Shown piece after piece: positions 1 through 8,835 of a stretch of 64,000 nucleotides of DNA. Made by a program: the position numbers and the translations under genes. Positions within the stretch are counted from its first letter, which is position 1, and every line of letters starts with the position of its first letter. This DNA comes from Candidatus Iainarchaeum sp. (lineage in GTDB: Archaea; Iainarchaeota; Iainarchaeia; Iainarchaeales; JAGVWC01), in NCBI GenBank assembly GCA_018304465.1, contig JAGVWC010000008.1, forward strand, positions 32,001 through 96,000, read 5' to 3'. The notes beneath the pieces were generated by a model that was given only the letters and a program-made list of their open reading frames with translations, was not told the origin of the DNA and did not search any database.

Positions 1-71
1 CGGATGCCCCCACTTTCGGCTTTTGACGAAAAAAACATTCCAAAAAAAAAGCCGCCCCCCCCAACCAACAT

Positions 72-626
72 ATGCGAAAAAAAGGTTTTTTCATCACGGC
101 CATTTCGTTTTTTCTTTTCCTGATTCTTTTTTCACTTTTCGCCCTCCAAAACGAATTCATCCGCCAACGCAACCAAATCAAAACCGAAATCATCGGAATC
201 GAACACGCCCGATTCGAACGCACCATTCTCGAAAACAACATCGATTTCCTCGCGTCCAAAACCCTTTTGGAAACCGCGGAGATGACCCGCGAACCCAACC
301 AACTTCGAAGCGAATACACCCGCCGGTTTTTTTCCCGATTAAAAACCATCGAACAAACATATCCAACGATTAGGTTCTATTCCGGCCGGGTGAACCCCGA
401 CCAATACGCCAAACCACCGCAACACCTAACGGCTTTGAATTCCACAGAACTGGAATCCCTTCTTGTGCTTTGGCCCATCCCCGCTTCAAACCCGCTAAAA
501 ACCACCAAACTCGAATTCACCGGCGGACGCCACCAGGACACCACCGTAATCGCCACGATTTTGGGCCAAGAAAACCCCACAATTTTTTTGATTCCGATCG
601 GATACCAACTCACCGTGATCCAATGA
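72..626 (+). CDS. pilin-like protein, class III signal peptide
   Basis: MRKKG|FFITAISFFLFLILF: basic leader, Gly cleavage site, hydrophobic helix; first of an overlapping gene run. Confidence 0.6.
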   Translation: MRKKGFFITAISFFLFLILFSLFALQNEFIRQRNQIKTEIIGIEHARFERTILENNIDFLASKTLLETAEMTREPNQLRSEYTRRFFSRLKTIEQTYPTIRFYSGRVNPDQYAKPPQHLTALNSTELESLLVLWPIPASNPLKTTKLEFTGGRHQDTTVIATILGQENPTIFLIPIGYQLTVIQ

Positions 627-982
627 AGTTCAACGGACAAATCATGTTTGAAACCCTCGTTACGACCGCGGTTTACCTCGGCGTATTCGGTGTCCTGGTG
701 GCCACGGTATCAATCCAGTTTGCCCAGGCAAACGACTACGCCGAAAAAAACCGTTTTTTGATGCAAACAGAAAAATGCGCCCAAATCCTCGACGCATTAT
801 ACGCCAACGGCACCGGAAAACCCGCCGAAAACATTTCCAATTGCGTTCCCGCGACTCCCCGCCACGTCCGAATCGAAAACCAGCCTTTCACCGCCTTTAC
901 GATCGCAGACCCCATCGAACAAATCCCTTCTTCCACCGAAACCCGGTTACTTGTAATCCCGCCTGATCATTATGTCCCCTGA
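623..982 (+). CDS. pilin-like protein, class III signal peptide
   Basis: ATGA overlap with upstream stop; MKFNG|QIMFE followed by hydrophobic helix. Confidence 0.65.
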   Translation: MKFNGQIMFETLVTTAVYLGVFGVLVATVSIQFAQANDYAEKNRFLMQTEKCAQILDALYANGTGKPAENISNCVPATPRHVRIENQPFTAFTIADPIEQIPSSTETRLLVIPPDHYVP

Positions 983-1430
983 CCGCGGAATGATTCAGTC
1001 CTTCGACCTGCTGTTTTGCGTATTGGTCGCCCTGATGACCATGCATTTTTTCCTGCTTTTTCTCCAGTTTCAACTCCACGGAATCGAGGAAAACCAAGCG
1101 AATTGGAAACAAACCCGCATCGCACACGCGGTCCTTGACAGCCTGGTAAAAAATCATAACCCGGATCAGCCGGTTCTTGGAAGCGCACGGCTGGATACAG
1201 AGCGCCACCGCGTGATCTCAAACGAAATCGATCCCGTACTCTTGAATCGAATCGCCTTTCGACCCAACGGAATGTCGTTTACGGTTCGACAACTCGCGAT
1301 ACGCTTTTTTGACGGCCAAACCCAGTTTCTCATTGCCGAACAAACCCCCCAAAAAGATTGCCGACCCGTCGAACGCGTGATCACCATTCACGGAAAAAAA
1401 GGAATTCTTTTCGCGGAGATCTGTTTTTGA
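972..1430 (+). CDS. minor pilin-like protein
   Basis: DRG|MIQSFDLLFCVLVAL; parallels 34277 protein (G|QLFSIDFLL). Confidence 0.6.
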   Translation: MSPDRGMIQSFDLLFCVLVALMTMHFFLLFLQFQLHGIEENQANWKQTRIAHAVLDSLVKNHNPDQPVLGSARLDTERHRVISNEIDPVLLNRIAFRPNGMSFTVRQLAIRFFDGQTQFLIAEQTPQKDCRPVERVITIHGKKGILFAEICF

Positions 1431-1780
1431 CGAAAGGACAATGGTACACGTTTGACGCGCTGTTAGGCTTGTTCATTCTTTCAAGCCTGGTGCTGCTGTC
1501 TCCAGTTCCAACCGCATCGGACCCAACCGAGGATTCCACCCAAAACAAAGTCCACGACTTGCAGGTGATTTGGAGCAAAGAAACCCGGTTTGACCTCGAA
1601 GAAATGAACAGCGATCTCTCCATTGTTTTTCATCACCAAGCGTACGAACTAAAAGTCAACCACACAACCATCCGATCAAATTTTTTCGATCCCGACAAAG
1701 CGCTTTTTTCCTCCGAAATCCCATTCGTTTCGGACACCGACGAAATCCTACGAATCCGAATCCGCGTCAATTACGATTGA
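1427..1780 (+). CDS. minor pilin-like protein
   Basis: TTG start overlapping upstream TGA; TKG|QWYTFDALLGLFIL. Confidence 0.6.
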   Translation: MTKGQWYTFDALLGLFILSSLVLLSPVPTASDPTEDSTQNKVHDLQVIWSKETRFDLEEMNSDLSIVFHHQAYELKVNHTTIRSNFFDPDKALFSSEIPFVSDTDEILRIRIRVNYD

Positions 1781-2170
1781 ATTCTTTTCCCGCAAAAGCC
1801 GGAAAAAAACAGGCGAATCAAACGAAGCGGAAAACGGTTCACAACGAATCGGAAGCGTTCGGATAAACTCATGTTCAAACCCCGACGAAGATTTGATGGA
1901 AAGAACAAAAAGGTTTTCCCGAACCGAAAGAAACCACGGGTTTTTGGGTCGCGCCGCCACCAAAAACGCGCTTTCGTCCCCCATCAACGCCAATTCCGAT
2001 GCCCGAAAAAGAAAATCATCCGAAAACCGGCGGCCCTCCAATACATCCAAACCGAAAACCGATTTCGAATACAACTGCGAGATCAACGGAGCAAACAAAC
2101 CCAAAACGCCCAAAAAAGCCGCAAAAACAAGCAAAAACTCCAGGGAAACCTGGGCCTTACTTGATATCAT
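1748..2170 (-). CDS. pilin-like protein, class III signal peptide
   Basis: MISSKA|QVSLEFLLVFAAFL. Confidence 0.7.
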   Translation of the reverse strand: MISSKAQVSLEFLLVFAAFLGVLGLFAPLISQLYSKSVFGLDVLEGRRFSDDFLFRASELALMGDESAFLVAARPKNPWFLSVRENLFVLSIKSSSGFEHEFIRTLPIRCEPFSASFDSPVFFRLLREKNSIVIDADSDS

Positions 2171-2336
2171 CAATTTTCTCGAACAAATCATCCGCTTTCT
2201 GTCCAATCTTTTTCGCGCCTTCGGCCCCGGTTTTTTGCAACTGCGACACCAACAACAACACCAATGCCACGACGGCCGCGAGAATAATGATCATTTCAAC
2301 CGACACCTGACAACGCTTCGAAAAAAAGAATCCCAT
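2157..2336 (-). CDS. small pilin-like protein
   Basis: SKRC|QVSVEMIIILAAVVAL; 59 aa. Confidence 0.7.
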   Translation of the reverse strand: MGFFFSKRCQVSVEMIIILAAVVALVLLLVSQLQKTGAEGAKKIGQKADDLFEKIDDIK

Positions 2337-2443
2337 ACCTAATTCCAGGCACCCATGGGAATAATAAAAAAGTCTTTTTTCGACGAAAAACGAACTCATT
2401 CAAATGCTTTTTATTGATTTTGCCCCAACAAAGTAATACCCAT

Positions 2444-3043
2444 ATGAATCAACGCGAAATCATTGAATTAATCGGCTCTTGGCTCGTCGTCAGCATCGCG
2501 TTCGCATGGGTCATGAAATCCGATTTTGGAATCGCGTTTCCCAACAACTTTATTTTCGCGCTCGTGGTCGCATTGGTGGCCACCGGAACCGGTTTTATTT
2601 TGCACGAACTCGCACACAAATACGTGGCCATCCGATACGGCGCCGTCGCCGAATACTATGCGTGGCCCTTCGGACTTTTTTTCGCGCTCGTCATGGCCGT
2701 CGGATTCGGGTTCGTTTTCGCGGCTCCTGGAGCGGTTTATATTTTCGGACCGCACATAGACGCCAAACAAAACGGAATCATTTCGGTCGCCGGTCCCATC
2801 ACCAACATCATTATCGGAGTGCTGTTCTTTGTCGCGTTTTTGCTCTTAAGCGTAGCCAACCTCGACTCGCTTGCCGTTATCGCCGCGATCGCCGGACAAA
2901 TCAATCTGTTTTTGGCCTTGTTTAACCTGATCCCCATCGGACCACTCGACGGATCCAAAGTATTCGCATGGAACAAACTCGTATGGGGCGCCTTGTTCGT
3001 GCCACTCGCGTTAATCTGGCTTTTTGTTTTCCGCTTGTTCTAA
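2444..3043 (+). CDS. site-2 protease family (M50) membrane metalloprotease
   Basis: HELAH zinc motif, AGPxxN, FNLIPIGPLDG. Confidence 0.92.
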   Translation: MNQREIIELIGSWLVVSIAFAWVMKSDFGIAFPNNFIFALVVALVATGTGFILHELAHKYVAIRYGAVAEYYAWPFGLFFALVMAVGFGFVFAAPGAVYIFGPHIDAKQNGIISVAGPITNIIIGVLFFVAFLLLSVANLDSLAVIAAIAGQINLFLALFNLIPIGPLDGSKVFAWNKLVWGALFVPLALIWLFVFRLF

Positions 3044-3044
3044 A

Positions 3045-3569
3045 CTACTTGATCACGCGAAAATTCGTGGAAAACCCCGAAGAAACCGAATTGACCCAAG
3101 AACCCGTGTTCGCGATCGCAAACAGCATCAAAGCCAAAAAAGAAAAAACGAAAAAAACAACCAGCACCACGAAAACCAATCCGATGCTTGCCAAAAAACC
3201 TTCCGGATGAAACACCACAAACGCGAAAACGGTTACCAACAGATTAAGCACAACCGAAAGCCCGAACAAAAAAACGATTTCGTTCCAAAAACCCGCTGGT
3301 TTTCGAACCGCATGATAACCACGAGAACCGACAAAACCAAGCAACGGCAAACCCACGAGCACGATTCCAAGCCACTTAGCGTAATCCATCAAATTCAAGA
3401 AGTCAAACGAAACAAGAGGCAAAAAAAAGCGTTCGAAAAAAACCGAAACCGCGGTTGTTTGCAACACGATTCCGATTCCACTCGCAATCAAGACAACCGA
3501 AGCCAACACGTAAACAAAAAACCAGGACCTAAGCGATGCGCCCAGGTAGGATAAAAAAAAACGAATCAT
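3045..3569 (-). CDS. hypothetical membrane protein
   Basis: about four hydrophobic segments; fills the gap between M50 and cdc48. Confidence 0.6.
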   Translation of the reverse strand: MIRFFLSYLGASLRSWFFVYVLASVVLIASGIGIVLQTTAVSVFFERFFLPLVSFDFLNLMDYAKWLGIVLVGLPLLGFVGSRGYHAVRKPAGFWNEIVFLFGLSVVLNLLVTVFAFVVFHPEGFLASIGLVFVVLVVFFVFSFLALMLFAIANTGSWVNSVSSGFSTNFRVIK

Positions 3570-3584
3570 GGTTCATCACCGAAT

Positions 3585-5972
3585 TCATTCGATATAACTC
3601 GGTTTGTACTCCATGCGCTTTTCGGCAAACTCGTCGTAGGCTTCCTCGGTTTCCTGCGAAATCGACGGCCGCAACTTTCCGATCGCCACCTCGAAATGAC
3701 GGTGTTCAACCCGAGTCGCTTCCAAATTGCTTTCCTGCAACGCGATCAAAGCGGCTTCCCGAATCAATCCTTCCAGATCCGCACCGGAAAAGCCGGTCGT
3801 TAATTCGACCAGTTCTTTTAGCAACTCGTCTTTTTCCTCTTTGGATCCCATCGGGACTCCTTTCAAATGCACTTTTAGAACCGCTCTTCGCGCATCCTTG
3901 TCCGGCGCGCTTACGCGAATCAACTTGTCGATCCTTCCCGGACGCAACAAACCCGGATCAATCAGGTCCGGCCGGTTTGTCGCGGCAATAAAAACAACGT
4001 CTTTGAGTTCCTCGATTCCGTCCAGTTCCGTGAGTAACTGGTTAATGACGCGGTCTCCGACACCGGAATCCGAATGGGACCCGCGATGCGAAGCGATCGA
4101 ATCCACTTCATCAAAGAAAATGATCGCAGGGGACACTTGACGCGCTTTCTTGAAAATATTCCGGACGCCTTTTTCGGATTCTCCGACCCACATGCTGATC
4201 AGTTCCGGGCCTTTAACGGAAATGAAATTGGCTCCCGATTCCGTGGCCACGGCTTTTGCCAGCAAGGTTTTTCCGCATCCCGGCGGACCATATAACAACA
4301 CGCCGCGCGGAGGCCTTATTCCCAGGCGTTTAAACGCCTGCGGATTTTTAAGCGGCCATTCCACCGCTTGTTTTAATTCTTGTTTTGCGTACTCCAACGC
4401 CCCGACATCCGTCCACTTGACGTTCGGCACTTCAATCGTCACTTCGCGCAAAGCACTGGGCTGCACGTCGCGCAAGGCTTCCAAAAAATCCGGCTTGTTT
4501 ACTTCCAGCGTCTCCAAAACCTCGGTCGGAATCGTTTCTTCCTCGAGATTGATCTTTGGCAGATACCGGCGCAAGGCTTTCATCGCGGCTTCCTTGGTTA
4601 ACGCCGACAAATCGGCACCGACAAACCCGTGCGTGATCTCGGCAAAATCCGTCAGCATCTTGTCCAGCAAAATTTGTTTAACCTCGCTTTCCTCTTTTTC
4701 TCCCGCGACCTTGAAAAACTCTTTTTCCTTGGGATTTTTGCGTAGCAACACCACGACGTTTTCGCGTGTATTGCGAGCGAGAACCTCTTCGGGCGAATTT
4801 TCCAAAACGTTGGCCAAATACGGGGCGTCAAACGGCGGATGAATCGGCATTCCGCGGGTGTGAATCTGCAAAATCTGCTTTCGTTCGTTTTTTCCCGGAA
4901 CCGGAAACTCGATTTCGCGGTCGAATCGACCGGGTCGGCGCAAAGCTTCGTCGATCGAGTTCACGCGGTTCGTGGCCGCGATCACGATCACGTTTCCGCG
5001 GGCTTCCATTCCGTCCATGGACGCAAGCAGCTGGGCCACCACGCGGCGCTCGACTTCCCCGACGACTTCGTCGCGTTTTGGAGCGATCGCGTCAATCTCA
5101 TCAAAAAAAATAATCGAAGGCGCGTTGTCTTCGGCTTCCTTAAACACCTGGCGAATACGTTCTTCCGCTTCGCCGACAAACTTTGACATCAAACTCGGCG
5201 CGTTAACCGTAATGAAATGCGCTTCGGTTTCGTTTGCAACCGCTTTCGCCAGCAAGGTTTTTCCGCATCCCGGCGGACCATACAACAACACGCCTTTGGG
5301 CGGCTGGATCCCCAAGCGACGAAACAATTCCGGATGACGCATGGGCAGTTCGATCATCTCGCGAACTTTCTGAACCTGTTCCTGCAATCCGCCGATATCC
5401 TCGTACGCCACGTGCGGAACGCGTTCCTGGGCTTCCTTTACCGGCTGTTCCTTTAACACGAACTGCGTGAAATCATTCACTTTCACGATTCCACGCGGCG
5501 ACGTATCCACGACCGTATACACGAAACCGCTTCCAAAAACGGATATCCACACGCTGTCCCCGCGAACCAGCGGCCGGCCGATAAAATTTTTCTTTAAAAT
5601 CCGGTCGTAACCCGACGCGATAATCCGAACGTCCTGTGTCGGAGCAAGAATCACTTTTTTCGCTTCTTTTACTTCGGCTTTCCGGATCCGGACTTTTTCC
5701 CCAAGACCAACCCCGACATTATGACGAATAAAATTATCCATTCGGATGATTCCTTTTCCTTCGTCTTCGCTTCGCGCCGGCCAAATAACAGCCGCGGTTT
5801 TTTTGGTTCCTTCGATTTCGATGATGTCACCGCTGGTGACCCCTAAAGAGTCCTTAGCTGTCTTGTCGAGCGTCACAATGTTGCGGCCCACATGCGAGGG
5901 GTCCGGATCAAACACTTTTAGCTCTACTTCGCGAACATTTTTCATATCAGGGGACGGGAAAATATCGCTCAC
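3585..5972 (-). CDS. cdc48: CDC48/VCP family AAA+ ATPase
   Basis: N domain plus two AAA modules, GPPGCGKT twice, DEID/DEVD Walker [10 protein letters not shown]. Confidence 0.97.
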   Translation of the reverse strand: MSDIFPSPDMKNVREVELKVFDPDPSHVGRNIVTLDKTAKDSLGVTSGDIIEIEGTKKTAAVIWPARSEDEGKGIIRMDNFIRHNVGVGLGEKVRIRKAEVKEAKKVILAPTQDVRIIASGYDRILKKNFIGRPLVRGDSVWISVFGSGFVYTVVDTSPRGIVKVNDFTQFVLKEQPVKEAQERVPHVAYEDIGGLQEQVQKVREMIELPMRHPELFRRLGIQPPKGVLLYGPPGCGKTLLAKAVANETEAHFITVNAPSLMSKFVGEAEERIRQVFKEAEDNAPSIIFFDEIDAIAPKRDEVVGEVERRVVAQLLASMDGMEARGNVIVIAATNRVNSIDEALRRPGRFDREIEFPVPGKNERKQILQIHTRGMPIHPPFDAPYLANVLENSPEEVLARNTRENVVVLLRKNPKEKEFFKVAGEKEESEVKQILLDKMLTDFAEITHGFVGADLSALTKEAAMKALRRYLPKINLEEETIPTEVLETLEVNKPDFLEALRDVQPSALREVTIEVPNVKWTDVGALEYAKQELKQAVEWPLKNPQAFKRLGIRPPRGVLLYGPPGCGKTLLAKAVATESGANFISVKGPELISMWVGESEKGVRNIFKKARQVSPAIIFFDEVDSIASHRGSHSDSGVGDRVINQLLTELDGIEELKDVVFIAATNRPDLIDPGLLRPGRIDKLIRVSAPDKDARRAVLKVHLKGVPMGSKEEKDELLKELVELTTGFSGADLEGLIREAALIALQESNLEATRVEHRHFEVAIGKLRPSISQETEEAYDEFAEKRMEYKPSYIE
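4252..4304. repeat. 53-nt near-identical repeat, copy 1 (cdc48 D2 P-loop)
   Basis: matches 5242-5294 with 2 mismatches. Confidence 0.85.
5242..5294. repeat. 53-nt near-identical repeat, copy 2 (cdc48 D1 P-loop)
   Basis: matches 4252-4304 with 2 mismatches. Confidence 0.85.
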
Positions 5973-6083
5973 AAAATAAAGTCACCGCAAAATGAATAAA
6001 AACCAATGGATAAGCCGATAAAACGCGGTTAATTCAAAATACACGACGAAAAAAACCAAAAAAAAGGCCAATTTGGCTTGGAA

Positions 6084-6902
6084 TCACTTTTCTTTTACGA
6101 TTGAGGTTTTTCCGGTCGGCAACATGGCCATGACCTCGTCCAGCAGCAAGCCTGACAAACGCGCACCCGTTTTTTTCTCGAAAAAACCAACCAATTGCTT
6201 TGCCAAACGACTTTTTTCATTTTCACCCGGAACAATCCGGCAAAAAACGCGACACCGTTCGGAAATCGGTTTTAAGGAACCGCTTTCGACCCGAAACACG
6301 TTTTCAAAAGAACTCAAACCCACCGAGAACTCCAAAGGCACGTTTCGAAACCACTCGCGTTTTCCATATACCATAAACGCGCCTTTTCCGATCGCTTCTC
6401 CAGTTGGAGCCGACTTGGTTACCTGATCCGGAGACGCCGAATACACGTCGACTTTTCCCGCGCCGCTTTCCCACGCTTTGGAAAAAACCCCCGCAAACTG
6501 TGCCGCTTCGCTTTTGTCCTCTTCGAACGGTTTTTTCCCGTCGGTTTTCAGCACGCAATGCGGGGCACCAAAAATATCCGCGTGAAAAAACAAGTCGTCT
6601 TTTTCCATGTGTTTTTTGACGATTTGTTCGTTGGATTTCGCGTCGCGACCCCCGATCACCAAAAGACCGCTTTGCGTAAAACACCAGTGAAACTTTTCAA
6701 ACCACTCTTTTTTCCGCTTTTGCTCGACCACTTTTTTTTCCGTGTTCGAAATTTTTTTTTCGCGTGCAAGCTCGAGTTGTTTTGATACCGACTGCTTGGC
6801 CGCCTTCAATCCCGCGAGTTTTTTTTTCGCTTTTTTCGCGCGTTCGAAAAAAACCTGCGCGTTCTGATCGACGGTTTTCGAAAAATCGAGTTCTAAGCGC
6901 AC
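6084..6902 (-). CDS. NFACT-R (DUF814) protein, short Rqc2-like
   Basis: NAQxFFExAKKAKKK coiled coil, WFEKFHW, GGRDAKSNE, FFHADIFGAP, KGAFMVYGKR. Confidence 0.88.
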   Translation of the reverse strand: MRLELDFSKTVDQNAQVFFERAKKAKKKLAGLKAAKQSVSKQLELAREKKISNTEKKVVEQKRKKEWFEKFHWCFTQSGLLVIGGRDAKSNEQIVKKHMEKDDLFFHADIFGAPHCVLKTDGKKPFEEDKSEAAQFAGVFSKAWESGAGKVDVYSASPDQVTKSAPTGEAIGKGAFMVYGKREWFRNVPLEFSVGLSSFENVFRVESGSLKPISERCRVFCRIVPGENEKSRLAKQLVGFFEKKTGARLSGLLLDEVMAMLPTGKTSIVKEK

Positions 6903-6906
6903 GGAT

Positions 6907-7446
6907 TCACCCGAAACCCTGTTCTTTTAACACGAGCTCGATCACGGAGTTCGTCCGCGGAGACTCCTTGTAATGCGGCTCCGCCAAATAAAACACCTGG
7001 CGATCCTTGACGAGACGAAACAACCCCGGGATTTTCTTGGAAAAATTCTTTTCCCAGTCCGCGTGATACGATTCCACGTCACGATAATAATGCCGAAGCA
7101 TCATGTTCCAGTTCCCCGATCCGATAATCGAAGACACGCTGTATACGCTCGGATTGGACGTGCATTGCGTCAAAAATTCGGAAAACACTTTTTCTTCGGA
7201 CAGGTCCAACTGCAGAATCGTGATGACTTCGAGTTTGAAACCGAAATTCTTGAAATTCACTTTCGGGCCATACCCCACCAAGACGCCTTGCTTTTGCAGA
7301 AAATCCAACGACGCTTTGATGGTGGCTTTATGCAACCCGGTTTCTTTTTGCAGTTCCGAAAGATTCGGATGAACGCTACGCTTCTTCAAAAGCGCCCCCA
7401 GCAGACGAATACGCGCTTCATCCCTAATATTCATCTTTATTGACAT
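6907..7446 (-). CDS. Lrp/AsnC family transcription regulator
   Basis: N-terminal HTH (LSELQKETGLHKATI), LQKQGVLVGY, RAM-like domain with GSGNWNM. Confidence 0.75.
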   Translation of the reverse strand: MSIKMNIRDEARIRLLGALLKKRSVHPNLSELQKETGLHKATIKASLDFLQKQGVLVGYGPKVNFKNFGFKLEVITILQLDLSEEKVFSEFLTQCTSNPSVYSVSSIIGSGNWNMMLRHYYRDVESYHADWEKNFSKKIPGLFRLVKDRQVFYLAEPHYKESPRTNSVIELVLKEQGFG

Positions 7447-7679
7447 TTAAAACCACAAAAGTGTAATAATAGTACATCAAAAATGTATATAATTGTATTT
7501 TTTAGGTTATTAAAACCCGCGAGTATTTTTATTGTGTAAAAGATATCATCTACTTGCGAAAGCAAATGGAGGGGTCAAGCAGAGTGGATATACAAAAGAA
7601 AACCACAGAGTAAGGCGGGAACTACGCTCCCCGGCGATACGGGTTCTCAATGAGTTCCCCCTACTCTATTATTTTTCAA

Positions 7680-8666
7680 CTACTTTTTCGAAGCCCACAA
7701 AAAACCCAATACCATCAAACCCACCAACACCCCGTAATACAACGGAAGTTCCGGCACCGACATGGTTTGAGGCTCGACAATCGTAATAAACATCCGGTTC
7801 GAAAACGCCGCCGACTGAAGAGACGCGGTTTGAGATGACGCAAAAAAAGCTCCATTGGATTCCTCGGAAACGTCTTCAAATCCCGCCGGACGCGGAACCG
7901 ACACTTCAATCACGTACACTCCGCCTCCCGTCGAACCCAAATTAAGCAACGTGGAACCGGAAGAAGACGAATACGGAAAGGCAGACACCACAACCGGCGC
8001 GTTTGAAATCAGAGTTAGATTTTCTTTCGTTTTAAGCGAAACTTCCACTGTGCTATCAAGCACCGTTGCCGACAAGTTCTGAATCGTGTACTCGACACGC
8101 ACCACAGACCCTTTTTCGAACGCACTTGATTCTTCCCCCGCTTGATTTTTAGTTTTGATCGAAATCAACACCAATGAAGAACCAGGCGCCGAATCCAGTT
8201 TGCAAATCACTTTCAAAGGATACGCCCCGGGATTCGAACACGCCGTTACATGCGCGTTTGTCGCCGAACTCAACGAAATGACACAATCGCCCTCGGCTCC
8301 CACCGCGGAACTACACGAAACTTTTCCGCCCCCCGCGATATTAAAACAAAGTTTGTGGGAATACGCCTGACGCGGAAATTCAGCATGCGCATTTTTCGTG
8401 TCGGACAAAGTCAAAAACAAACCGTCGTCCTGGCTATTACAACCCGAATTCGCCTGAATCATTCCCCCCGAAACCGAACAACACAAATGACTGGAAAAAT
8501 CATTTCCATTCCGGGTCTCGGCATGCGCGTTCGACGCGGCGGACAAGTGCATCATGTCGGTTTCTCCGACGCCGCAAGAGGCTTTTACCGAACACGAAAT
8601 CGCCGCAAACGAAGCTACGAAAAAAAACGAAAAACAAATCATCAATGCTAGGAAGCCTGGTCGCAT
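7680..8666 (-). CDS. secreted Cys-rich surface protein with NAH repeats and C-terminal VPEL-TM-KK anchor
   Basis: signal peptide; three LSxxxNAH repeats; ends VPELPLYYGVLVGLMVLGFLWASKK. Confidence 0.7.
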   Translation of the reverse strand: MRPGFLALMICFSFFFVASFAAISCSVKASCGVGETDMMHLSAASNAHAETRNGNDFSSHLCCSVSGGMIQANSGCNSQDDGLFLTLSDTKNAHAEFPRQAYSHKLCFNIAGGGKVSCSSAVGAEGDCVISLSSATNAHVTACSNPGAYPLKVICKLDSAPGSSLVLISIKTKNQAGEESSAFEKGSVVRVEYTIQNLSATVLDSTVEVSLKTKENLTLISNAPVVVSAFPYSSSSGSTLLNLGSTGGGVYVIEVSVPRPAGFEDVSEESNGAFFASSQTASLQSAAFSNRMFITIVEPQTMSVPELPLYYGVLVGLMVLGFLWASKK

Positions 8667-8835
8667 GCAGAAAAAAACGCAAAACCAATTAATATTCCTT
8701 TGCAATAGGCCCCCTTTCAAAAGAAAAATAAATAAGAAAAAAAATACCGTAACAAGCTCAAAGCGGCACTTTTACAATCTGTTTAATCGGGATTTCGGGG
8801 GACTTGCCGCGAAACTGAACCAAAACCACGATCGA

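Noticed and set aside
7532-7786. 84-aa ORF in the Lrp intergenic region
   Set aside because: TTG start, no recognisable motif, and overlaps the convergent surface-protein gene
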